Positions 54,186 to 61,842 of a stretch of DNA of 64,000 nt are shown piece after piece. Position 1 is the stretch's first letter, and each line of letters begins with the position of its first letter. Under the pieces are notes generated by a model. It did not search any database and had not been told where the DNA came from. It was given only the letters and a program-made list of their open reading frames with translations. The stretch covers positions 9,602-73,601 of the forward strand of contig CAZXCB010000001.1 in the NCBI GenBank assembly GCA_964639075.1, written 5' to 3'. Origin of the DNA: an uncultured Bifidobacteriaceae bacterium (GTDB lineage Bacteria > Actinomycetota > Acidimicrobiia > IMCC26256 > JAENVU01). Made by a program: the position numbers and the translations under genes.

Positions 54186-54959
54186 ATGCCCGCCACTTCT
54201 CCAGCTGGTTCCTCACACGCCGCCACCCCGTCCGCCACCGGGTGGACGATCGACGAGCTCGCGGGCCGGGCCGGCCTGCCGGTCCGCACGATCCGGGAGT
54301 ACCAGACCCTCGGGGTGCTGCCACCACCGCGCCGGGAGGGCCGCGTCGGACGGTACGGCTCGAGCCACCTCCGCCGGCTCGAGCTGATCGCACGCCTGCG
54401 CGCTCGCGGCTACTCGCTCGCCGGCATCGGCGACCTGCTCGGACGCTGGCGCGACGGCGCGGACCTCGGCGAGGTGCTCGGGCTCGAACCCGACCAGCTC
54501 GTGCACATCGACGAACCGGGGGCGCCGGCCACCCTCGAGCAGCTCTGCTCGCTCCTGCCGACGATGCTCCCCGAGCATCTCGACGCCCTCGAAGCCACCG
54601 GTGTGGTCGAGCGGTGTGGCCCCGACCACTACTGCATCCCGAGCCCGTCGCTGCTCCAGCTCGCGAGAGAGGCGATGGCCGCCGGGCTCGGACCCGACGA
54701 CGTGCTCACGCTGCTCGGCGCGATCCGTCGCGCCGCCGACACCGTCGTCGACGACGTGGTGCGCCAGCTCGACCGGCTGCCCGCCACTGCCACCGCGGAC
54801 ACCACGGCGGCGTTCCTCCAGCGCGGTCGGGGTCTCCTCGCCCACGGTGTCGGTCGGCTCACCCTCCATCGGATCGGCCGACGCCTCGGCATCGCCGACG
54901 AAGCCGACGTCGATCCGACGATCCGTCGCATCGTCGAACCCCGGGGCACCACCGCATGA
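54186..54959 (+). CDS. MerR-family transcriptional regulator with long C-terminal domain
   Basis: In frame within ORF 53571..54959 (codon 206), ATG at 54186. HTH sequence WTIDELAGRAGLPVRTIREYQTLGVLPPPRREGRVGRYGSSHLRRLELIARLRARGYSLAGI. Confidence 0.85.
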   Translation: MPATSPAGSSHAATPSATGWTIDELAGRAGLPVRTIREYQTLGVLPPPRREGRVGRYGSSHLRRLELIARLRARGYSLAGIGDLLGRWRDGADLGEVLGLEPDQLVHIDEPGAPATLEQLCSLLPTMLPEHLDALEATGVVERCGPDHYCIPSPSLLQLAREAMAAGLGPDDVLTLLGAIRRAADTVVDDVVRQLDRLPATATADTTAAFLQRGRGLLAHGVGRLTLHRIGRRLGIADEADVDPTIRRIVEPRGTTA

Positions 54960-55801
54960 CGGTCTCGGAGAATCTCGAACAGTTCGAATCCTGGAACGGC
55001 GACAGCGGGAACCGCTGGGTCGCGCGCGCGGACGAACGCGATCAGGTCCTCGCACCGGTGGCCGACGCCCTCTTCGCGGCCGCCGCCCTCACGCCGGGAT
55101 GCCGGGTCCTCGACCTCGGGTGCGGCTGCGGGGCGACCACGCTCCGGGCCGCGGCGCTCGTCGGCGCCGCGGGATCGACGACGGGGATCGACCTCTCGGA
55201 GCCGATGCTCGACGTCGCGCGTCGGCGCGCGCTCGACCAGCGCGCCGACACGGACCTGGTGCACGGCGACGCGCAGACGTATCCGTTCGCGTCCGGGTCG
55301 GTCGACGTGGTCATCGGTCGCTTCGGGACGATGTTCTTCTCCGACCCGGTCGCCGCCTTCGCCAACATCGCCACGGCACTTCGACCCGGCGGCCGCCTCG
55401 TCCTCGCCACGTGGCAGCCGCTCGGAGCCAACGAATGGCTGCTCGTGCCGGGTGCTGCACTCCTCGCCCACACCCACCTGCCCGACCAGCCGCCGGGTGG
55501 ACCGGGGATGTTCGCGCAGTCGGATCCCGACACCGTCACCACGGTGCTGCGCGACGCCGGATTCACCGACATCGCGCTCGAGGCCACCGAGGTCACCTTC
55601 GTCGTCGGGCCGACGATCGACGCGGCGGTCGAGTACCTCGCCGACAGCGGGCCGGGACGACTCCTCCTCGACGCCATCCCCGAGGGGCCGGCCCGCGAGG
55701 CCGCACTCGCCGACGTCGGCGCGGCGCTCGTGCCGCATCTCCACGGATCCGGCGTCGAGCTCCGCGGCGGCATCTGGCTCGTCACGGCGCGCCGACCCTG
55801 A
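54956..55801 (+). CDS. Class I SAM-dependent methyltransferase
   Basis: In frame within ORF 53201..55801. ATG at 54956 overlaps the MerR stop (ATGA). Motif I is VLDLGCGCGATT. Confidence 0.85.
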   Translation: MTVSENLEQFESWNGDSGNRWVARADERDQVLAPVADALFAAAALTPGCRVLDLGCGCGATTLRAAALVGAAGSTTGIDLSEPMLDVARRRALDQRADTDLVHGDAQTYPFASGSVDVVIGRFGTMFFSDPVAAFANIATALRPGGRLVLATWQPLGANEWLLVPGAALLAHTHLPDQPPGGPGMFAQSDPDTVTTVLRDAGFTDIALEATEVTFVVGPTIDAAVEYLADSGPGRLLLDAIPEGPAREAALADVGAALVPHLHGSGVELRGGIWLVTARRP

Positions 55802-55845
55802 ACGGGAGAGACTCGGGGCGCAACGAGCCTGCGAGAGGAGCAGTC

Positions 55846-56211
55846 ATGAACGTTCGGATGGGTCTCGTGTTGGACTGCGGTGAGCCCGAAGCGTTGGCGG
55901 AGTTCTGGGCGGCGGCGCTCGGATACACCAACGTCGGGAGTGCCGGCAGCTACGTGATGCTCCTGCCGGTCGAGGGCGATGGACCCCAGCTGCTGTTGCA
56001 GAAGGTGCCGGAGCCGAAGGCGGGCAAGAACCGCATGCACCTCGACATCCACGTGGCGGACATCGAGGCCGAGGCGGCGCGCTTGACCGCGCTGGGTGCC
56101 CGTCGGGTCGCGGTGGAGCCGATGGGCGAGCACGGGACCCATTGGGTGTTGATGGCCGACCCGGAGGACAACGAGTTCTGCGTGTGCGACTCCGGCGCGG
56201 GCACCGACTGA
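55846..56211 (+). CDS. VOC/glyoxalase-like domain protein
   Basis: In frame within ORF 54601..56211. ATG at 55846 is preceded by GAGAGGAG. Sequence GLVLDCGEPEALAEFWAAALGY...RMHLDIHV...HWVLMADPEDNEFCV. Confidence 0.8.
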   Translation: MNVRMGLVLDCGEPEALAEFWAAALGYTNVGSAGSYVMLLPVEGDGPQLLLQKVPEPKAGKNRMHLDIHVADIEAEAARLTALGARRVAVEPMGEHGTHWVLMADPEDNEFCVCDSGAGTD

Positions 56212-56237
56212 GGCGCACGCGTCTCCAGGACGCGGAC

Positions 56238-56726
56238 TCAGTCGTGCGCGTTCGAGCCGTGGTCCATGAGCTGGGCGTCGAACCAGTCGTGGAGCGCGGC
56301 GACCAGGTCGGCGTCGTCGGTGCGGTACGTGATCCGGGCGCCGCGTGGGATCGTCGAATACCGGACCTGCACCCGCGGCGCGCCACGCCGCAGCGCGGCG
56401 AGGCCGGGCATCCGCATGCCGTGGATCGCCATCGGATCCGTGAAGTCCCCGGCCGCGAAGCGCGTCGCCTCCTTCCGGAGGTGCTCCCGGACGAGGCGGA
56501 GCTGGTGTCGGTCCGTCGGATCCTTCACGACCACTCGCTGCACCCCACCGGTGGAGGTCCGGTGGAAGACGTGCGTCGTCTTCGCCTGGTCGAAGGGCAT
56601 CACCGCGGCGCCGCGCGCTTCGACCTCGTCCTGGCGGGTGGTCGTCGCGTCCGAGCCCTGCCCGCAGGCGGACACCAGGGCGAGGAGCGGCGCGACCGCG
56701 AGCAGCCAGGGCGTCCGTGGTCTCAT
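56238..56726 (-). CDS. Lipoprotein, unknown function (His-containing, possible metal-related)
   Basis: ORF 56238..56798. ATG at 56724-56726 gives MRPRTPWLLAVAPLLALVSA/C (lipobox). Conserved-looking blocks GDFTDPMAIHGMRMPGL and HDWFDAQLMDHG. Confidence 0.7.
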   Translation of the reverse strand: MRPRTPWLLAVAPLLALVSACGQGSDATTTRQDEVEARGAAVMPFDQAKTTHVFHRTSTGGVQRVVVKDPTDRHQLRLVREHLRKEATRFAAGDFTDPMAIHGMRMPGLAALRRGAPRVQVRYSTIPRGARITYRTDDADLVAALHDWFDAQLMDHGSNAHD

Positions 56727-56769
56727 GCCGCGGCGGTCAGCCCGGTGTCCACCGCCGGGGGGCGGGCCG

Positions 56770-57168
56770 TCATGCGACGGTCTCCGAGACTGCGCCACCG
56801 AGCGCAGCGAGTGCCGCGGTGAGTCGGTCGGCGGCTTCGGCTGCGAGCCGGGTGAACGCGGGGTCGGTGATCAGCTCGCGGGGGTCGATGACCGCGACGT
56901 GGGTCCCGGAGCCATCGGGCTCGAGCACGACGTTGCACGGCAGCAGCAGCGCGACCGACGGGTCGATCTCCAGGGCCTCCTGGGCGAACGCCGGGCTGCA
57001 GGCTCCCAGGATCTTGAGCGGGGTGCGGTCGACGCCCAGCGCCGCATGCAGGTTCGCGGCGACGTCGATCTCGCTCACGACCCCGAAGCCTTCGGTCGCG
57101 AGCGCAACCCGTGTCGCCGCCTCCACCTCGTCCATCGGGCGGTCGACCGTGGTCTGAATGCTGTGCAT
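56770..57168 (-). CDS. DUF302-domain protein
   Basis: Last 132 codons of ORF 56770..59481. ATG at 57166-57168 is preceded by GAGGAG. Sequence VALATEGFGVVSEIDVAANL...PLKILGACSPAFA...LLLPCNVVL. Confidence 0.85.
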   Translation of the reverse strand: MHSIQTTVDRPMDEVEAATRVALATEGFGVVSEIDVAANLHAALGVDRTPLKILGACSPAFAQEALEIDPSVALLLPCNVVLEPDGSGTHVAVIDPRELITDPAFTRLAAEAADRLTAALAALGGAVSETVA

Positions 57169-57229
57169 CGTGGCGCTCCTCGTCGTGATCGGTCGCCCCT
57201 CGGTTTGCCCGGGCTCGATGCCGGGAACA

Positions 57230-57245
57230 ATACCCCATGGGGTAT
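57230..57245. promoter_or_regulatory. Perfect 16-bp palindrome ATACCCCATGGGGTAT (CsoR/RicR-type operator candidate)
   Basis: Read directly, in the DUF302/MMPL divergent region. Overlaps a minus-strand TATTGT (-10-like, 57227-57232). Confidence 0.6.
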
Positions 57246-57262
57246 GGTTCCCTCCAGTCGCT

Positions 57263-57278
57263 ATACCCCATAGGGTAT
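57263..57278. promoter_or_regulatory. Second operator copy ATACCCCATAGGGTAT (arms ATACCC/GGGTAT)
   Basis: Read directly, 33 bp centre-to-centre from the first copy. Overlaps a plus-strand TAGGGT (-10-like, 57271-57276), 25 nt before the MMPL ATG. Confidence 0.6.
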
Positions 57279-57300
57279 CCACCTCGATCTGGGAGCCACG

Positions 57301-59484
57301 ATGCAGACCACACCACGACCCGCTGCGCCCGCACCGGCCGAGCTTCACCAGCCGTCGGCGCCGCCGGATCCGAAGGCGCTGTTCTCCCGGCTCGCGGCCG
57401 CGATGGCCCGCCATCGCCGCGCCGTCATCGTGGTCTGGCTGCTCGTCTCCTTCGTGGCCGCACCGCTCGCGCTGACCCTCACGGGAGCCCTCTCGGGAGC
57501 CGGGTGGGAAGCGCAGGGGTCGACGGCTCAGCAGGTGCGCGACGAGCTGCGGCGGGACTTCCCTGCGCTCGGCGCGGAGAACCCGGTCGTCGTCTACTCC
57601 CAGCGCGCGCCGATCGCCTCCGACCCGACCGGACTCCGGACGTTGGTCGATGCGCTCGCCGACGCGCCCCGCGCGCGGTCGGTCGCCGATCCCCTCGCGC
57701 TGCCCGCCGACGCCGGCCTCATCGCTCGCGACGGCCGCACCGCGATCGTCCCGGTGGAGCTCGCCGTCGGTGCCGACGCGACGAGGCCGACCGCGGCGGG
57801 CACGCTCGGCGACTACGTCGCCGGGCTCGCGCTCGCACCGGGCGCGCAGGCCGAGGTCACCGGTGAGTGGCCGGTGTGGAGCGACTTCAACACGGTGAAC
57901 GAGGAGGCGCTGCACAAGGCCGAGCTCCTGAGCGGCCTCCCGACGCTCGTCCTGTTGTTCCTCGCGTTCGGCTCGTTGATCGCGGCGGGCATCCCCCTCC
58001 TGCTCGCGCTCGCCGGGATCGCGGTCGGGTTCGCCGCGCTCCATCTCCTGAGCCTGGTCACACCGCTGTCGGTGTGGTCGATGAACTTCTCGATGATGAT
58101 CGGGCTCGCTGTCGGCATCGACTACAGCCTGTTCATCGTCAGCCGCTACCGTGAGGAACGCGTCGAGGGCAAGGATGCGATCGCGGCGATCGAGAACACC
58201 CTGTCGACCGCGGGCAAGGCCGTGTTCCTCTCGGCCCTCACGGTGGTGCTCGCGTTGTCCGCCGTGTTCCTCGTGCCCATCATGGTGTTCCGTTCGATGG
58301 CGCTCGGGATGATCCTCTCGGTCCTGGCCGTGGCCCTCGCGTCGCTCACGCTCCTCCCCGCGGTGCTCGTCGCACTCGGCGACCGGGTGCTCGTGACCCG
58401 CGGCAAGCAGGATCCCGACATCGTCGCCGAGAGCCGCTGGGCGCGGTGGACGAGCATCTCGCTGCGCCGTCCGGGGACCGTCCTCGCGATCGGGCTGCTG
58501 CTCCTCGGCCTGCTCGTCCTCCCCGCGGTCGGGATGCATCTCGGGATGCCCGGCGCCCGCGTCGTCGACCGGGGTCGCACGAGCCGCGACGGCTACGAGC
58601 TCCTCGTGAAGTCGTTCGGACCCGGCGCGGCCGCGCCCGCGTTCGTGACGGTACCGGCCACGGACGCTGCTGCGGTCGTGCGCATCGCCGCCTCGGATCC
58701 GGCCGTCGTCGACGCCCGGGTCGTGAGTCGCCCCGCGGCGAACGGGAGGACGGTCGTGCGGGTCATCGGGTCGACCGCGGTCGACGACTCGCACACCGCC
58801 GCGCTCGTGCACCGCCTGCGCGACCGGTTGGATCGTGCCGTGCCCGCCGCTCGCGTCGGTGGACCCGCCGCGCAGAACGCCGACCTGACGTCGGTGCTCA
58901 CCGGGCGCGCGCCGGTCGCGATCGGCGTGATCCTGCTCATGGCCTTCGTGTTGCTGCTCGTCGTGTTCCGCAGTCTCGCGATCGCCGTCGCGTCGATCCT
59001 CATGAACCTCGTGACCGTGGGCGCGGCGTTCGGCTTCGCGACCCTCGTGTTCCAGCGGGGTGTCGGCACGGGCCTGCTCGGCATCGAGCATCAGGGATTC
59101 GTCGACGCCTGGGCGCCGCTGTTCTTCTTCGCGCTGCTGTTCGGGCTCTCGATGGACTACCAGCTGTTCCTGCTGGCGGCGATCCGCGAGCGCTACGAGG
59201 CGACCGGCGACACGAAGCAGGCCATCCGCGAGGGCATCGCCCGGACCGGCCGACCCATCACCAACGCGGCGCTCATCATGATCGTGGTGTTCATCGCGTT
59301 CGGCGTCACCGGTCCGATCCCACCGACGGAGCTCGGCCTCACCCTGGCCGTGGCCGTGCTGCTCGACGCGACCGTCGTCCGCGTGCTGCTCGTCCCGGCG
59401 ACGATGGCCCTGCTCGGCGAGCGCAACTGGTACCTGCCGAGGTGGCTCGGCCGGATCCTCCCCGTGGTGAGGTTCAGCCACTGA
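57301..59484 (+). CDS. MMPL-family (RND superfamily) transporter
   Basis: ORF 57301..59484. ATG is preceded by GGGAG. Two 6-TM bundles, each with a periplasmic loop. MNFSMMIGLAVGIDYSLFIVSRYREE and FGLSMDYQLFLLAAIRERY motifs. Confidence 0.9.
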   Translation: MQTTPRPAAPAPAELHQPSAPPDPKALFSRLAAAMARHRRAVIVVWLLVSFVAAPLALTLTGALSGAGWEAQGSTAQQVRDELRRDFPALGAENPVVVYSQRAPIASDPTGLRTLVDALADAPRARSVADPLALPADAGLIARDGRTAIVPVELAVGADATRPTAAGTLGDYVAGLALAPGAQAEVTGEWPVWSDFNTVNEEALHKAELLSGLPTLVLLFLAFGSLIAAGIPLLLALAGIAVGFAALHLLSLVTPLSVWSMNFSMMIGLAVGIDYSLFIVSRYREERVEGKDAIAAIENTLSTAGKAVFLSALTVVLALSAVFLVPIMVFRSMALGMILSVLAVALASLTLLPAVLVALGDRVLVTRGKQDPDIVAESRWARWTSISLRRPGTVLAIGLLLLGLLVLPAVGMHLGMPGARVVDRGRTSRDGYELLVKSFGPGAAAPAFVTVPATDAAAVVRIAASDPAVVDARVVSRPAANGRTVVRVIGSTAVDDSHTAALVHRLRDRLDRAVPAARVGGPAAQNADLTSVLTGRAPVAIGVILLMAFVLLLVVFRSLAIAVASILMNLVTVGAAFGFATLVFQRGVGTGLLGIEHQGFVDAWAPLFFFALLFGLSMDYQLFLLAAIRERYEATGDTKQAIREGIARTGRPITNAALIMIVVFIAFGVTGPIPPTELGLTLAVAVLLDATVVRVLLVPATMALLGERNWYLPRWLGRILPVVRFSH

Positions 59485-59556
59485 CGTCCGAGGGACGTTC
59501 GGCCCTGGTCGGCACCCGACCCCAGATACGACAGTGCGTAGGAGGAGGTGTTGGAG

Positions 59557-59799
59557 ATGATGTGGAACAACGGTTGGGGCGGCGGTGAGTGGGTCGCGAT
59601 GTCGATCATGATGGTGGCGTTCTGGAGCATCGTGGTCGTCGCCATCGTGCTGCTCGTGCGAGCAACGAGGTCCGACTCACACCCCTCGCCGACGCCCACG
59701 GGTGCCGATGCTCGGAGGATCCTCGACGAGCGGTTCGCCCGCGGCGAGATCGAAGCGGAGGAGTACACCCGACGGCGAGATCTTCTCGGTCGGTCGTAG
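59557..59799 (+). CDS. SHOCT-domain small membrane protein
   Basis: Within ORF 59548..59799. ATG at 59557 lies 8 nt after GGAGGAGG. One TM helix, then the SHOCT motif ARRILDERFARGEIEAEEYTRRRDLL. Confidence 0.75.
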   Translation: MMWNNGWGGGEWVAMSIMMVAFWSIVVVAIVLLVRATRSDSHPSPTPTGADARRILDERFARGEIEAEEYTRRRDLLGRS

Positions 59800-59803
59800 C
59801 ACC

Positions 59804-60334
59804 GTGCGTTCGCGGAACGTCACGATCGTCGCGGTCGGGTTCGTGGTGGTGCTCGCCGCACTCTCGACGGTCGTCATCGGGGGGTTCGCGAGCGGTTTCG
59901 CGCGTTCCGATTGCGCACCGCGGCGCGTGTCCGGGACGGGTGTTCGGGTGGCGTTGATGGATGCCGGCGGCTCGATGATGGGGCGGGTGCAGGGCGGGAC
60001 CATGCGCCTGGCCGCGGACCGCAGCCGCGTGGAGCAGGGTCTCGTCACGTTCGTCGCGGCGAACGTCGGATCGATCGGCCACGAGCTGCTAGTGCTTCGA
60101 CTGCCTCGCCGACAGATCGTCGGGACGAGGCCGATCGGAGCCGACGGCGCGGTGGACGAGCGGGGCGATGTCGGCGAGGCCTCGAACGACTGCGCGCGCG
60201 GGACCGGCGACGGCATACCGCCCGGCCGCGCGAGCTGGACGAGCCTGCAACTCCGGCGCGGGAGCTACGAGCTGCTCTGCAACCTCCCCGGCCACTACGC
60301 GGCCGGCATGTACACCCGGTTGACCGTCACGTAG
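59804..60334 (+). CDS. Membrane-anchored cupredoxin-like (type-1 copper site) protein
   Basis: In frame within ORF 59702..60334. GTG at 59804 lies 4 nt after the SHOCT stop. N-terminal TM helix. Ligand pattern is H (GHELLV) ... C-x2-P-G-H-x4-M (CNLPGHYAAGM). Confidence 0.7.
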   Translation: MRSRNVTIVAVGFVVVLAALSTVVIGGFASGFARSDCAPRRVSGTGVRVALMDAGGSMMGRVQGGTMRLAADRSRVEQGLVTFVAANVGSIGHELLVLRLPRRQIVGTRPIGADGAVDERGDVGEASNDCARGTGDGIPPGRASWTSLQLRRGSYELLCNLPGHYAAGMYTRLTVT

Positions 60335-60361
60335 CAGTCCCCGGCGCGGGTCGGAGGCCGG

Positions 60362-61285
60362 CTATGCGGGGCAGCGTCCGAGCACCGCGATCAGCTGGAC
60401 CGCCGAGGCGACCGAGAGCCCGAGCATCGCGGCCAGACCCGTCATGGCGATTGCGGAGTAGACGAGCCGGGAACGAGCGAGACCGCTGGGAGCGGTCGAG
60501 CGGCGCCGCCCGAGCCGGTCGAGGCGTCGTTGGATCGCCCGCTTCGTGGGGGTCGTCCCGTCGATCGCACCGATGCGTGCCAGCGCCGACCGGAGACCGG
60601 CCACTCGATCTCGGGAGCCGGCGGTGCTGACCTCGTCCGCCCAGTGCTCGATCGCGTCCCGCAACGCCCGCGTGCTGGCCCGCACCGCCGGGATCCAGCC
60701 GAGCACCCGGTCGACGGCCGCGGCGATGACGAGGTAGTGCCGATGGCGGAGCCGATGGTGCGCCATCTCGTGACGGATCACGGCATGCACCTCGGCGTCG
60801 TCCAGGTTGGACACGAGCCCTTCGGAGAGGACGATCTGGGGTGCGTCACCGGAGACGGCGACCGCGAGCAGGCGCGTGCTCGGCACGATGACGACGTCGA
60901 ACTCCGCGACCTGGCGGTGGTTGCCGATGAACGCGTCGACCCGAGCGTTGCGGAGACCTCGGATCGCGAGCGCCACCGCGCCCGCCAAACGGGCGGCGAC
61001 GACCGCGGCCACGATCAGGACCGCCGCCGCGAGGTAGACGCCGCCGAGGGGCAGGGCATGGACCGCGTCGTCGCAGAAGCCGGTGAGACCCGACCCGTCC
61101 GCGACGTGCAACACCGCCGGCGCACCCCAGAGGACGAGTCCGGTCACGACGAGCGCCAGCCCCAACGCCAGGGAGTTGCGACACGACCGGGCCCATTGCG
61201 CGACGGTCAGTCCGCTCGGTGCGGAGGACATGGCGCCCGGGAGGACGAGGAACAGCAGACCGAGACCGATGAGGGCGAGGGTCAT
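60362..61285 (-). CDS. M56-family (BlaR1-like) membrane metalloprotease without a penicillin-sensor domain
   Basis: Last 307 codons of ORF 60362..61714. ATG at 61283-61285 overlaps the BlaI stop (ATGA). TM helices and the zinc motif VIRHEMAHHRLRH. Confidence 0.8.
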   Translation of the reverse strand: MTLALIGLGLLFLVLPGAMSSAPSGLTVAQWARSCRNSLALGLALVVTGLVLWGAPAVLHVADGSGLTGFCDDAVHALPLGGVYLAAAVLIVAAVVAARLAGAVALAIRGLRNARVDAFIGNHRQVAEFDVVIVPSTRLLAVAVSGDAPQIVLSEGLVSNLDDAEVHAVIRHEMAHHRLRHRHYLVIAAAVDRVLGWIPAVRASTRALRDAIEHWADEVSTAGSRDRVAGLRSALARIGAIDGTTPTKRAIQRRLDRLGRRRSTAPSGLARSRLVYSAIAMTGLAAMLGLSVASAVQLIAVLGRCPA

Positions 61286-61662
61286 GCGCGCCGCGGCCTT
61301 CGCGTGAGCGCGCGACGCAGCTCCGCTCGCGTCTCCGGATCGATCGACTCGACGAAGTGCACGAGCGCGGAACGCGAATCGCCCGCGGCGGCGAGCAGCG
61401 CCGACATGCGTTCGGCGGCGTACTCCGATCGAGTCGCGAACGGGTGGTACTCGAACGCGCGTCCCCGACGGCGCCGGTCGAGCCGGCCCTTCTCCCACAG
61501 CCGGGACATCGTCGTCATGACCGTCGTGTACGCAAGCGTGCGACGACGGCCGACCGCTTCGTGCACCTCGCCCGGTGTCAGCCAGCCGTCCTGGTCCCAC
61601 AGCACGTCGAGGACCATCGCCTCGAGCTCCCCACGACCGAGGGGGCGGCGCTTCGCTGCCAT
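61282..61662 (-). CDS. blaI: BlaI/MecI/CopY-family transcriptional repressor
   Basis: ORF 61282..61716, ATG at 61660-61662. Winged helix sequence LGRGELEAMVLDVLWDQDGWLTPGEVHEAVGRRRTLAYTTVMTTMSRLWEKG. No C-terminal CxC metal motif. Confidence 0.85.
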   Translation of the reverse strand: MAAKRRPLGRGELEAMVLDVLWDQDGWLTPGEVHEAVGRRRTLAYTTVMTTMSRLWEKGRLDRRRRGRAFEYHPFATRSEYAAERMSALLAAAGDSRSALVHFVESIDPETRAELRRALTRRPRRA

Positions 61663-61714
61663 CCGTGCATCGTCGCGGCCGCGCCGCCGCGCCGCAAGCA
61701 CCGCCGACTTGCAC

Positions 61715-61753
61715 AACGGTTGTGCTACGACCTAACGTCGTAGCACAACCGTT
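61715..61753. promoter_or_regulatory. Perfect 39-bp inverted repeat (17-bp arms, 5-bp spacer) containing TACGAC-N5-GTCGTA; candidate BlaI operator
   Basis: AACGGTTGTGCTACGAC-CTAAC-GTCGTAGCACAACCGTT read directly. Lies between the blaI start (61662, -) and the NlpC/P60 start (61843, +). Confidence 0.65.
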
Positions 61754-61754
61754 C

Positions 61755-61791
61755 GGAGGCGCGGCTTTCGCCGTGCCTCCGTGACGTCACG
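61755..61791 (+). promoter_or_regulatory. 11-bp-stem hairpin followed by the 12-bp palindrome CGTGACGTCACG
   Basis: GGAGGCGCGGC-TTTC-GCCGTGCCTCC (one G.U pair) at 61755-61780. CGTGACGTCACG at 61780-61791. Both read directly. Confidence 0.45.
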
Positions 61792-61842
61792 AACCAGAGC
61801 TCCGCAAGGACGAACAGCCGCCGACCGGCACAGGGAGTCCCC

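Noticed and set aside
59485-59556. CGTCC-GAG-GGACG hairpin after the MMPL stop as a terminator.
   Set aside because: The stem is only 5 bp and there is no real U-tract. The downstream genes have strong SDs and look co-transcribed.
61663-61842. Possible ydaO/c-di-AMP riboswitch upstream of the NlpC/P60 gene.
   Set aside because: The region is short, is largely taken up by perfect DNA dyads typical of protein operators, and lacks the conserved ydaO segments as I recall them. A covariance-model scan is needed to be certain.
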